Positions 53,570-64,000 of a stretch of DNA of 64,000 bases are shown one piece after another. Within the stretch, counting starts at the first letter, position 1. Each line of letters begins with the position of its first letter. The stretch comes from Octopus vulgaris. Lineage: Eukaryota. The position numbers were made by a program, and so were the translations under genes. The notes beneath the pieces were generated by a model. The model had not been told where the DNA came from, searched no databases, and saw only the letters and a program-made list of their open reading frames with translations. The stretch lies in NCBI GenBank assembly GCA_951406725.2, contig OX597838.1:20894001-20958000 (forward strand). The letters run 5' to 3'.

Positions 53570-55014
53570 TACTACTACTCCTTGTAACTAAAATGGTATT
53601 CTTTAGAATAAAAAATATGTTTAAATTTTATTAAAAGAAGGAAAAATAAACAAAGCAAAAAAAAAAGAAAGAGCTTAGTCAGAGACAAACTTGTTGAAAA
53701 GTTCTATGTATTTTGTTAACCAATTTCGTGTTCTAACTGATATTTTAGCTTTGATAATATCTGTTTACTAATAGTCATTAATAGTGCTAACTTAATTAAA
53801 AACAAATTAACCGGGAGCAGTGGTAGGCTGGTGGAAAACAAGGGCAACGAGCAGCTATAAATTTGTCAGGAATAACATCTGAAATAACAACAACAATAAC
53901 AATAATGAGAAGGAGGAAGTGGAATACAATAATAATTACATCAGGATTAATTACAGTAATGTAACCATATAAGGAACAATACTGGTAATTATTGGATCAA
54001 GAGTAATAACTTGACTACAGCAGGAATGATATTGCTATTAATTACAGTTGTAATAACCATGACAGGAATAACAGAGCTAATAACTAACTACGTGGGAGAG
54101 CTTTTATATGTTTACCTTATCTGCTAGAAATAGCAGCTGAATTGCAGCCGAATCACATTGCAGCATCTTAGAGAAAATGACACATTTGATAATATAGTCC
54201 TTGATATACTATACCTTGGAAAAAAAAAGAACACAATGAAAGAAAACTCACAATTGGAAAAAACTTTGGTCACTTCATCAGGATTAATGAAGGACTAAGC
54301 AACAGCAACAAGAACTAGAAGAATACCAGCTGTAATAACCACGGCAATAATACAAACAACAATGAATAACTAATAACCACACCGACAGTAACAAGAGTAA
54401 TAACCCAAACATACCAGCAATAACAGCCGTAATAACCATACAGGCAATTAACAGCCGTAATAACCATTCATTCTGGTACTAACAGTAATAACCATTCTAG
54501 CAATAACAGTGGTAATGACCACATAAAACGTTAGCAGTTTTAATATTTTAAAACCGAACATCATATAATTGTATGATGGCAATTCTTCATGTTTGAAGAC
54601 CATGAGGAAGAGTGGTGCAACCTCAACTGGCTAAGTACATCAGTCTTTGACCACTGCAGGGCTTTTCTTGCTGCCTGTGGTTAGTAGTTTTATTAAAAGT
54701 GGGGATCGGTCTGCAAAACCTGAATCCATGCTTTAAGACTTGGCGGTCAGTGGATGAAGACAGCTGCAGTGACCAGCAAACTGTAGGTTTTACATCGGAG
54801 TGGTCTTCTCCTGCGTGAACTGCGTTACAGGCCTGGAGAGTTCCACCTACTCTGAAGTTTGCTGAAAGGATGTCAAAAAGGGCACTGGAATGCCTGAGGG
54901 ATTCCACTCCTTGGTTTGCTGTCAAGGTTGACTCCCCTAGTGTTTTCCTTTCCCAAGGCGCTCACAAAACATCTGGGATTTGTACTTGGTGCTTCTTCCA
55001 TTAATTGCTAATTA

Positions 55015-55125
55015 ACCCATAGTTAATTTAGATAAGATGCAAATCTCATCTAAATTAACTATTGCTTAACCATTTTCTCACACTGTATCTGAGGAAGGGA
55101 TATAATAAATATCCTGGAAATTTTC
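55015..55125 (+). mobile_element. Degenerate Penelope-like remnant: short palindrome plus decayed hammerhead-like motif
   Basis: Inverted repeat atagttaatttagat...atctaaattaactat, followed by CTGAGGA-a-GGGATAT aataa ATATCCT-g-GAAA at 55089-55120. Confidence 0.35.
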
Positions 55126-55198
55126 TAAAATCTTCACAGCCTTGGTTTTTTGTTATCTCAGTCTGATATATGTGTGTATATATCTATCTATCTATCTA

Positions 55199-55241
<43 letters not shown>

Positions 55242-55410
55242 AAACGGGGAAATCTTTGGTATTATTTATTTCTCCATTACACGCGTTTCATTTTCAAATA
55301 GGAATTTAGGAATTACAAAGATTTACATGTTATACAGACATGTACGGGATTTCCTATTAGAAAATCCCTAGACAGAGAAACTGGGAATTTACCCTAGCTA
55401 TCAATATACA

Positions 55411-55461
<51 letters not shown>

Positions 55462-55678
55462 AAAATGGAACGGGTGTTTTTCACTATTTCATCTTTCACT
55501 TCAAAAATAACAAAACAGTAACAATAATAACCATGCCAAGAATAACAGCTACATCCTCCTTAATAACCCCGCCAAGGAATAAAAGTAACACCAAATAACC
55601 ACAAGAAATAACAAGCGTTTTCTTCAAAAAACAATGAAGAAAGAATATTAAATATTTGATTTCTCTGCTTACTTTCAG

Positions 55679-55756
55679 AATGGACGGAAATCGTCTCTCT
55701 CCACTTTAGTGCATTTATTCTGTACCAAGAATCAGTCCTTCCCTACTGAAAACTTA
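55679..55756 (+). CDS. Coding exon (NGRKSSLSTLVHLFCTKNQSFPTENL)
   Basis: Acceptor ttctctgcttactttcag, donor TTA|gtaagc, 78 nt. Only the phase-0 frame is open, matching the phase-0 end of the 49259 exon. Confidence 0.65.
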
Positions 55757-57561
55757 GTAAGCATTTCCATCAACATTTATCACACGGTTTCTGAAAATAT
55801 TGATGATATTTATATTTCATTTCTCATGTAAAGAATTTGTATTTTTTTCCTTTTTGTATAAGTTCTTCAGCTATCATAAGAAGATGGCTGGTACCCTGGC
55901 AATTGGTTGATATGACCAACGTGGGTTATCATACAATTGATTTATGAAAATATTGGTGATGATAACATCTCTTTTCTCATGTAGTATTAGTTCTTGTGAC
56001 TTATGCTTACAGCTATTGTAACAAGGTGGCTGGTACCCTTGTGATTGGTTGATATGATCCACATGGGTTATCTTACAGGTAACGCCAGTAGCAGTCAATA
56101 TAACACAGTCTTGTTGCCATTGTATCTACTACCGACCAGCTTCCTTTGTCTAGGTGTTATATGTTTATGATAAGTAACCATGTATTCTACAGAGTTCAAT
56201 TTGTGTATGCTTTGTTTATATGTAGGTATATATTATATCTGTACTATGTCAATATGTTTATAGACAAGTATAATTTGATATAGTATACATAGTATGTGTG
56301 TGTGTGTGAGATAATTGCAGGCATGGTTGTGTGGTAAAACGTTTGCTTCCCAACCTAATGGGTTCAAGTTCAGTCCCACAGCACAGCACCCTGGGCTTGT
56401 GTTTTCTATTTTAGTTCCAGGTTACCCAAAGCCTTACGAGTAGATTTTGTAGATGGAAACTGAAAGAAGCTGATAGTTTATATATATGTGTGTGTGTCCG
56501 TATGTCCCGATCAGCACCACTTGATAACTGGTATTGGTGTGTTTATGTCACCATTACTTAGCAATTTGACAAAACAGACTGATAGAATAAGTACCCGATT
56601 TTAAAATAAAGTAAGTATTGGGTCTGATTCATTTGACTAAAACCCTTCAGAGCGGTGTGGTTCTCTCTTTTAAATATTGTGTGTGCTGTCATGTCAGGTC
56701 TAAAGTCACATAACATTAGCTATAGTAAAGTATCAACCCATAGCCGTCTATGTAGTCAATTGTCTCTTCTTCGTAACTTTTTAAACTGAATAATTGTATT
56801 TTTAAAAGAAACAGGCGCAGCTGAGTGATAAGAAGTTTGCTTTCCAGCCACATAGTTCCGGGTTCGGTCCCATTATGTGGCACCTTGGGCAAGTGTCTTC
56901 TACTACAGCCTCGGGTCGACCATAGTCTTCTGAGTGGATTTGGTAAACGGAAACTGAAAGAAGCCTGTCATATATGTGTGTATGTCTGCACCTGTTTTTG
57001 TCCACCACCATTGCTTGACAACCGGTGTTAGTGTATTTATGTCTCCGTAGCTTAGCGATTCGGCAATAAGAGACAGAGTATCAGGTTTTAAAAAATTAGT
57101 TGGGGCTATGCTTGACAACCGATGTTGGCGTGTTTACGTCCTTGTAACTTTGCGGTTCGGCAAAATTAGACCGATAGCATAAGTATCAGGCTTTAAATTG
57201 TACTGGGACACTATGCGTTCGACTAAAAGCACTTCGAGGCGGTGCTGCCGCATGGCCGCAGTCTAATAACGGAAACACGTAATAGATAAAAGATCCGCTC
57301 TCGCACTCAATTTTCAAGATGTTCAGGTTTTAACCAAGAGTTGTGTCCCTTCCATCTGATCTTTTCTCACATTTCTGTGTTTTTTTGTTTTTTTTTTGTC
57401 TAAATTATATTTCTCAAATGTTTGGATGTTCAATCTCTATCTCTCTCTCTCTCTCTGAAAATATACTTTATATTTTCATCTACTTGCTGTATCATGATTT
57501 TCAACAGCCTACCTCATCCATGGTTATTATTTCCAAATGACTATGTCTTTCGTGGTTATTA

Positions 57562-58119
57562 TTGGGTTGTCCGGAAAGTTTGTGCCGATTTATAGTAGCT
57601 TACCTTTCGACTTATTTTAGAAGATGGTTGAGTCCATAAAATAGGATTTGACTACGCCTCCATTTAGAGCACAGTTTAAGCTATCTTTTCATGGAAGAAG
57701 GTTTATGTTCCTATGACCTGTGTTAATTCTGTAACCTTTTAAAATGGAAGATAAGGAAGTTCATTTTCGGCACTTGATGCTTTGGGAACCAGACAAAAAT
57801 TGATGAAGCTCGGCTGGGATGTGTTACCCTACCCTCCATATTCACCAGATATTGCTCCTTCGGATTTCCACTTATTCAGGTCTCTGCAGAATAGTCTTAA
57901 TGGTAAAAATTTCAATTCCTTGGATGACGTAAAAAGATACCTAGATGAATTCTTTGCCATGAAACCACCGCAATTGTGGGAAGAGGGTATTTTCAAGTTA
58001 AAGGAAAGATGGAGACGCATTGTGCAACAAAGTGGTTCATATTTGGTTGATTAAAAATGTAATGGCAAGTATTTATTGACCTTTTTCTTTCCTTTAAAAA
58101 TCGATACGAACTTTCCGGA
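57562..58119 (+). mobile_element. Internally deleted mariner transposon
   Basis: TA, then left TIR ttgggttgtccggaaagtttgtgccgattt. The transposase N-terminus MEDKEVHFRHLMLWE (57744-57788) is fused out of frame to the C-terminus ...GWDVLPYPPYSPDIAPSDFHLFRSLQN...ERWRRIVQQSGSYLVD*. The right TIR (aaatcgatacgaactttccgga) is truncated. Confidence 0.92.
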
Positions 58120-58130
58120 TGAGGTTAAAG

Positions 58131-58445
58131 CAGTGTTTCTTCACCTATTTTCGCCCAGCTCCTACTCTAACTTTCCAGAAAAATGTATGCTTCACCGGTG
58201 TTTGGAAAAAAACCCACTCTATTTTTAATATCTTATCAAAATTATTTTATACAAAACAATATATCAGTAACTTTATTAAGTCTAAAAAAGAGTACATTAT
58301 TGACTAAGAGGAAAAAAAGATTTTCCCTATTCCATGTCCCACTAAAAAAAAAAAAAGGAAAAGAAAAATATTTGGATCCCACACCCCACTATAATTTTCC
58401 CAGGCCCCACCGATGGGGGCATATGCTCCATGTTGGGAATCACTG
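58131..58445. mobile_element. hAT-like non-autonomous element (MITE)
   Basis: Termini cagtgtttcttcacc ... gttgggaatcactg; degenerate 8-bp flanks ggttaaag / ggtttaaa. Confidence 0.55.
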
Positions 58446-58669
58446 GGTTTAAAAGCATTAGTTCTAAGATTTTGTGGGTGGTTAACTCTAATTGCACCCA
58501 GAGTTCAAGGGAGACAACTCTAAAATGAAATTTTTTAAAAAATGGAATCGAGGGACGAAAAGTGGTTGAACAAGTGTGGTGACCGTCTTATTTGACATCT
58601 GCAGCAGAACAGTATTTACTCGGCCCTAAGATGACTGGCCAATGCTCAGAATTTGAGTGAATAAACGCT

Positions 58670-59052
58670 AACACAATGAATAATAAAAGGACTCCCTGAA
58701 GAAATCCCGTTCAAGGAATCCCTAAAAGAATCCTTTGGCCCCTGTCACATTGATTGCTGCCAGTGATCTGTTTTTGCCCCTAACTGTTCTTTCCTGGCAC
58801 CTTACTGCCCTCTTGGACAGTACCTTCCTTTGGAAACACGTGTAGGACTATCCTTGCAGACAAGCAGCGAAGAGAAAAACAAGGACATCATGACCAACCC
58901 TGACTCGCCTGCATTCCCATGAAGTCGTTGTGGTCTTGCCTCTTCGTCCAAAATTGGACTCCTTTGACATCAATAAATTTGTAACACACGTGGACATCCC
59001 CACTGAAAATCTCTGCCTGCAAAGCCAAACCGTTATATCATGTCTTGCTGGA
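58670..59052 (+). pseudogene. RTE(BovB-like) LINE 3' fragment
   Basis: Frameshifted FKESLKESFGPCHIDCCQ...CRTILADKQRR...CGLASSSKIGLL*HQ, a decayed C-terminal Zn-finger-like motif. Confidence 0.55.
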
Positions 59053-60248
59053 ATTACTGGTGATCCTTGTCATAGGCTTGTTCTTCATTCAAAACAATCA
59101 GCTGAGTGAGTGCAAGAATATGTTCAGGTACTGAACCAAAATTTAATTAAATTTACAGCTTTAAAGAGGAGAGGGGGGAAAATCATTGACTAAATTTCTA
59201 AAGATAAAGAAGACACCTTGGAAATTTAATGTGTGTGTGTTTTCTTTATACACATCGAAGGATAAAATATTGATAGGAATTGGTACTTTACTGAGAAACC
59301 CTAAGGATAATAGTTTTGTTGTGAGTTTCTGCTGCTCCCTTGATGTACATGCATGTGTGTGTGTATTTTCTTGGTGTATATTGGAGGATGAAAAGTTTGG
59401 ATGGAAATTGGTACTTTGCAAAGAAAACACCAAATTTATTTGTTTTGCAGTGATTTACTGGTGCTCCCTTGTTGTGTGTGTATGTGTATTTTCATGATGT
59501 ACATTAACCTTTTAGCATTCAGATTACTCTGTCAATGTATTGCTTATTTATTCACATTGTTTTGAATTCATCAGGCATTGTTTTACTGGGGATCCTTGTC
59601 ATAGGCTTGTTCTTCATTCAAAACAATCAGCTGAGTGAGTGTTGGAATATGTTTGAGATTTCAATGATATGATTGTTTATTTTTAGAGTGACATTGTTGG
59701 ACAGGTGTGAGAGGCCAGCTATGGCTAGTTAAACCATTTAGCATTCAGATTACTCTGTCAAATGTAATGCTTATTTATTTACAATGTTTTGAATTTATCA
59801 TGCATTATCTTCTAGCTTTGAGATTTCAATAATGTGGTTATTTTCAGAATGACATTATAGGGTAGGTGAGAGAGGCCAGATATAGCCAGTTTGAAAATAA
59901 AACAAACAAAATATTTTGGCCAGTTTAAATGCTAAAGGTTCAAAGGATAAAATTATTAATGGAAATCTATATTTTACAAAGAAAACACCAAGGGTAATTG
60001 TTTCAAAGGAATTAAAGAAGAAAAATAATCCATTTACCATAAACTCAAAACTAATTGCCACAATAATTTTAATATTCATGAACTTTTATTCAGATATGAA
60101 TTATATACATTACAGCTGGTTGAACATATTAAGGAGAGTCAACAGGGTACAAAGTAGTGACTAGAAATGGTTTCCTTGATGGTGGAATGAAAACAGGATT
60201 TTAGTTTGGCAGTGTTTTCGGGAATTGTTGAAAGAATAGCAAAACAAC

Positions 60249-60293
<45 letters not shown>

Positions 60294-60879
60294 TTCTCAA
60301 TTTCTGAAGATAGATAGATCATTCTCTTTTTTGGAATGCTGCATCTTGAAACATGTTAAGGCTATAAATAATGGCCTTGTAACCCTTTTGGTTAGAAACA
60401 GCCTTTGACTTTTTCTAGCCAAATGCATTTTTCGTATCCAATATATACAAGTTGTTATTTTATAGCTTTAACTGCTTTCAGAGCCACTGTTCCAAAAAGG
60501 AATTACTTCATATTTTGTTGAAAATTTATAGATTCTTATGATGTCAACAGTGTGTGTGCATTTGTGTGGATATATGTATATGGATGCAAGCATGACTAAG
60601 TGGTCAAGGACCACTGCAGACAATCGGACATGTCTGGATTTGATTCCTCTGTGTAAAAGCTTGTTGGATGGCCTCTATTTGTAATTAAAAAAAAAATCAG
60701 CCAGCCTTGTCATACACTGCGTCAAGCTGATTATTATGCATAAAGATTATGTTAAGGATACATTGTCCTTGGAATACTCGGTCATTTCCTGCCAGTTTAA
60801 TGAGTAATTCAGTAGATTGAACAACCGGAATACTCATTATTAAACTGAAGAAAGGACCTGTTATACATACATGCAGGTG

Positions 60880-60911
<32 letters not shown>

Positions 60912-61799
60912 AAGCTGCATGATATATTTATTTATGTGTTTATACACACACACAAACACACGTGTTGATTTGGGTTTTTGAGAATCCATCTTTACAAGTA
61001 TGAAATCATAAAACATTTGTGTTTGTTTCATATAGTTTCCAAATAGCACTAATTACATATAACTGCAATTAACCCTTTAATTAAATTTCATTGTTATTCC
61101 AGTGATGGTTGTTAAATATCCAACAGAAAATATAATTGTCATTTACTGCAACTCGGATAGCCTCAGTAAATTTAACATGTTTCTTCGGTCAGAAAATAGT
61201 TTCAAACATGATAGTCCTCAACAAAAGACAGATTGGTATATTAAATTCCTTTCTGCATTGAAGGGCAATGAAATTTCGAGTGGATGTATCTGATTTCTGC
61301 AGTTAAAAAGGTTTAAAGAGTTAAAAATTCCTTTAAAGTTTTAGCCTTTGATATTATTATCATTCAACTTTTTCCCTTTTTTCTTTTCCTGTTTTCTCTT
61401 AATCCTCTCCTTTTTTTTTTTATGTTCCAGTTTGTATGCGTGCGTGTGTGTGTGTGTCTGTGTGTGTTCGTTTAAAAATACGAGAATACAGTCCTACTGA
61501 CTTGATAACAAATGTCAGTTATATTGAATATTGTAGATCTGAGGAGAATATGGCTTTCCAAATAATATGACAGGTGATAATGTAATCTGCTTCAAGCTTT
61601 ATACTTGCTCAAATTTTTTTTTTTTATAACTTTTTCCCAATATTTATCTAGTTAGGATAACAGCTGATGTTTTGTTACAGGAAAATCACACACAAACAAT
61701 ATATGTGTGTGTGTGTGTACACGCATATATATATATGTATGTATGTATGTATGTGCTGTATATTTGTATGTGTCCATGTTTGTGTGTGTATATATATAT

Positions 61800-61832
<33 letters not shown>

Positions 61833-61834
61833 CG

Positions 61835-61902
61835 TAATAGTAGGGAATATAATTCCAAACTTACAGGGAAAAATTCAATTTAGCAATTCTAAATCAAATT
61901 TC

Positions 61903-61938
<36 letters not shown>

Positions 61939-62137
61939 AATAACCTTAACCTGTATTAAGTAATTCAATAGTGAAACACATCTATATTATATATTATATA
62001 GAAAAATTTAAATATACTATAATAAAATTCAATTTTTGAATAATATTTATTATTATAGTATATTTAAATTTTTTCTATATAATATAGATAATGTCTTTCA
62101 TTATTGAATTACTTAATAGAGGTTATTTCTCTTTAAT
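61835..62137 (+). mobile_element. (TA)n-embedded tail+palindrome element, family 1
   Basis: Same module (attccaaacttacagggaaaaattcaatttag), then (TA)n, then an imperfect ~200-bp palindrome at 61935-62135. Confidence 0.55.
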
Positions 62138-63036
62138 GATATATATGTATATATGTTACAGTTAATTCTTTATTAACTTTTTTGCAAACCACATTGGACC
62201 CTATTTCAGTCAAGTAATTCATCAAGCTTGTCTTTCCAACTAATTGTGTCTGCTAATTCCTTCTCGTAGATGCTCTCCATATTACGATACTGTTTTTCAG
62301 TGTGTTTACTTTTGTTTTTGTTCTCCCCCACCCCCTCCTTGCAAGCCCCATGGGGTTACGTGTTAATCTGTCTCTCGGATGTTGGTTATGTTTGTACAAT
62401 GGATATCCAAGGCGGTGCTCCTGCGTGGCCGCAATCTAATTACTGAAACTAGTGAAAGAATGGTGTTACATTTAGTCACATCATCCTCACCATTGTCATC
62501 GTTGTTGTTATCTTTCATAACTTCTGCCATCATCAGTTTAGTAGTCATTGCTGTTCCCAACTCTTTTATTTCTTTATTTATTTGCTTGTTTGGTTTTTCT
62601 TTTTCTTTTTCAAATATTCTTTTAATGTTTATAACAATTAGATATTTTGCTGGTTAAGCGAGAGTCCGTTCGAAGGGATTGCTTTGAAGCATTTGACTAA
62701 TGAATTGAAACATTAAAATATTGGGTGACAGAATGCTTTCTGTCTGTTGGTCTTTGTCTTTGAAATATTGGGTGACAGAATGCATTGTCTGTCTGTCTGT
62801 CTGGTATTTGTCTTTGAGCTGCTGTATTTAGACCGTGATCTGTTTTTGGTAGCTTCTATCAGATTATCTTTTGTCATCTATCATGAAAATAAATCTCAAC
62901 AGAAAAATTATTAATATCTTATGGAGATAAAAAAAAAAAAAGAAAAGATCCTCTAATTTAAGAGTTGTTCTAAGACCCTTCTTTAAAGTAGTTCTTTGAG
63001 GTAATAACCAATAAAAGTCCTTTATTTACTGATTTA

Positions 63037-64000
63037 TTACTGTCTACTATATTTTCTTTTGTTTCTCCTGCTATGCCGCCTTGAACTCTTGCGCCTCTTT
63101 CGTTCATTGGAATCGTCACGGACAGCGACATTTGTACCAAATCCAATTCTTGAGGACCTTGCTCTTTGCAGCTGGCTTTTTTCTAACGAAGATGGGTTAC
63201 GACTTGCTCTATATTCTGCATATCTGTTGCTGTCAGTCCGGTATTCTGCTGCTGAGCTTGTAAGATATTCATTATCAGACAGATCCCTTAATAGTTGTCC
63301 TTTGAGCTTACTTGGTGTGCAGCAAGCTGGTGTTTTGTCCTTATAGAAGGTAATATCTGATGTTCCTAACCATCTTTTGAGCCAGAGCAGATTGGAATCA
63401 CAGTGCCAAGCGTTGTTGTTGAGCAGAAACGTTGTCAGTCTTGGAAATATTCCTCGTATATTCTCTGGCACGTTCTTGAGGATGTTGTATCGAAAATCGA
63501 TTTTTTGAACTGATTTTGTTACCTCAATCTGGCCGTTTCTGACTCGGTCCAGGAGACTTTTACATAGACCGGGGCTGTTCATCAAATTGAATTCCTGTAG
63601 ATTTGGCATTTCTCGGAAGAGATCCATCTGTACCCTTGCACTTTCCAATTCTCCATAAGATATATCAAGCGTGTGCAGTGATGGCAGGGATTCAAAGGAT
63701 CTCCTCTGAATAGTTGCTATCGGATTATTTGCCAGTCTTAGGCTGACCAAATTTGGCAGGTCTTTGAAGATTCCTGATGATAGTGTATGTAATTCATTAC
63801 TTTGAAGATTCAGGTCTTTCAACATTGACAACTTACTAAATGCTTCAGGCTCAATCTCAGTGAGTTTGTTTGTCTCTACTGTGAGCTCTTCTATGAGAGG
63901 ACTCTTCACAAATGCATGTCTCTCAATCCTACTAATTAAATTCGAATTGATGGCCAATTTAACTAAGTTCCTTGGTAGTTTCGTTGGCAGTGTAAATAAC
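63037..64000 (-). CDS. Leucine-rich-repeat protein with LRRCT cap and basic C-terminal tail (3' part; continues beyond the window)
   Basis: The 306-aa ORF stays open upstream to the window edge (LFTLPTKLPRNLVKLAINSN...). It has typical LxxLxLxxNxL repeats (LKDLNLQSNEL, LVSLRLANNPI, LHTLDISYGEL, LTTFLLNNN) and an LRRCT (NAWHCDSNLLWLKRWL...PACCTPSKLKGQLLRDL). An Arg/Lys/Ser-rich tail follows, with no TM segment in the visible part. It ends TAA TAA, with a minus-strand AATAAA at ~63021-63026. Confidence 0.93.
   Translation of the reverse strand, partial: LFTLPTKLPRNLVKLAINSNLISRIERHAFVKSPLIEELTVETNKLTEIEPEAFSKLSMLKDLNLQSNELHTLSSGIFKDLPNLVSLRLANNPIATIQRRSFESLPSLHTLDISYGELESARVQMDLFREMPNLQEFNLMNSPGLCKSLLDRVRNGQIEVTKSVQKIDFRYNILKNVPENIRGIFPRLTTFLLNNNAWHCDSNLLWLKRWLGTSDITFYKDKTPACCTPSKLKGQLLRDLSDNEYLTSSAAEYRTDSNRYAEYRASRNPSSLEKSQLQRARSSRIGFGTNVAVRDDSNERKRRKSSRRHSRRNKRKYSRQ

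Noticed and set aside
54623-54925. 100-aa minus-strand ORF
   Set aside because: No recognisable domain or splice support; more likely a decayed retroelement fragment.
61102-61293. ORF containing DSPQQKTDWYIKFLSAL, reminiscent of a PH-domain terminal helix
   Set aside because: It would need a phase-1 upstream exon, whereas the last supported exon ends in phase 0. The similarity is too short to trust.

Overview
AT-rich, microsatellite-dense eukaryotic DNA. The SINE repertoire, (TA)n/(CA)n density and long introns suggest a coleoid cephalopod, probably Octopus (inference). Most of the window looks like intron filled with about five SINE families, LINE 3' fragments (RTE and R4/Dong-like), DNA-transposon derivatives (internally deleted mariner; hAT-, piggyBac- and Helentron/Helitron-like MITEs) and simple repeats. 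Nearly all ORFs in the supplied track are microsatellite or SINE artefacts. There are two credible coding signals. (1) The 3' part of an LRR + LRRCT protein on the minus strand, 63037 to beyond 64000. (2) A chain of small plus-strand exons and candidate microexons, about 23.0-55.8 kb, of an unidentified gene. The most unusual signal is a set of minimal type-I hammerhead-ribozyme-like motifs: 26891-26934; 29010-29052, with a compensatory U3-A8 core; an inverted pair at 33033-33153; a degenerate copy at 55.1 kb; and half-motifs in palindromes. Alongside these are repeated asymmetric 'tail + palindrome' units embedded in (TA)n runs. Together they look like footprints of microsatellite-targeting Penelope-like retroelements or retrozymes. 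Repeat boundaries were read by eye and are approximate.
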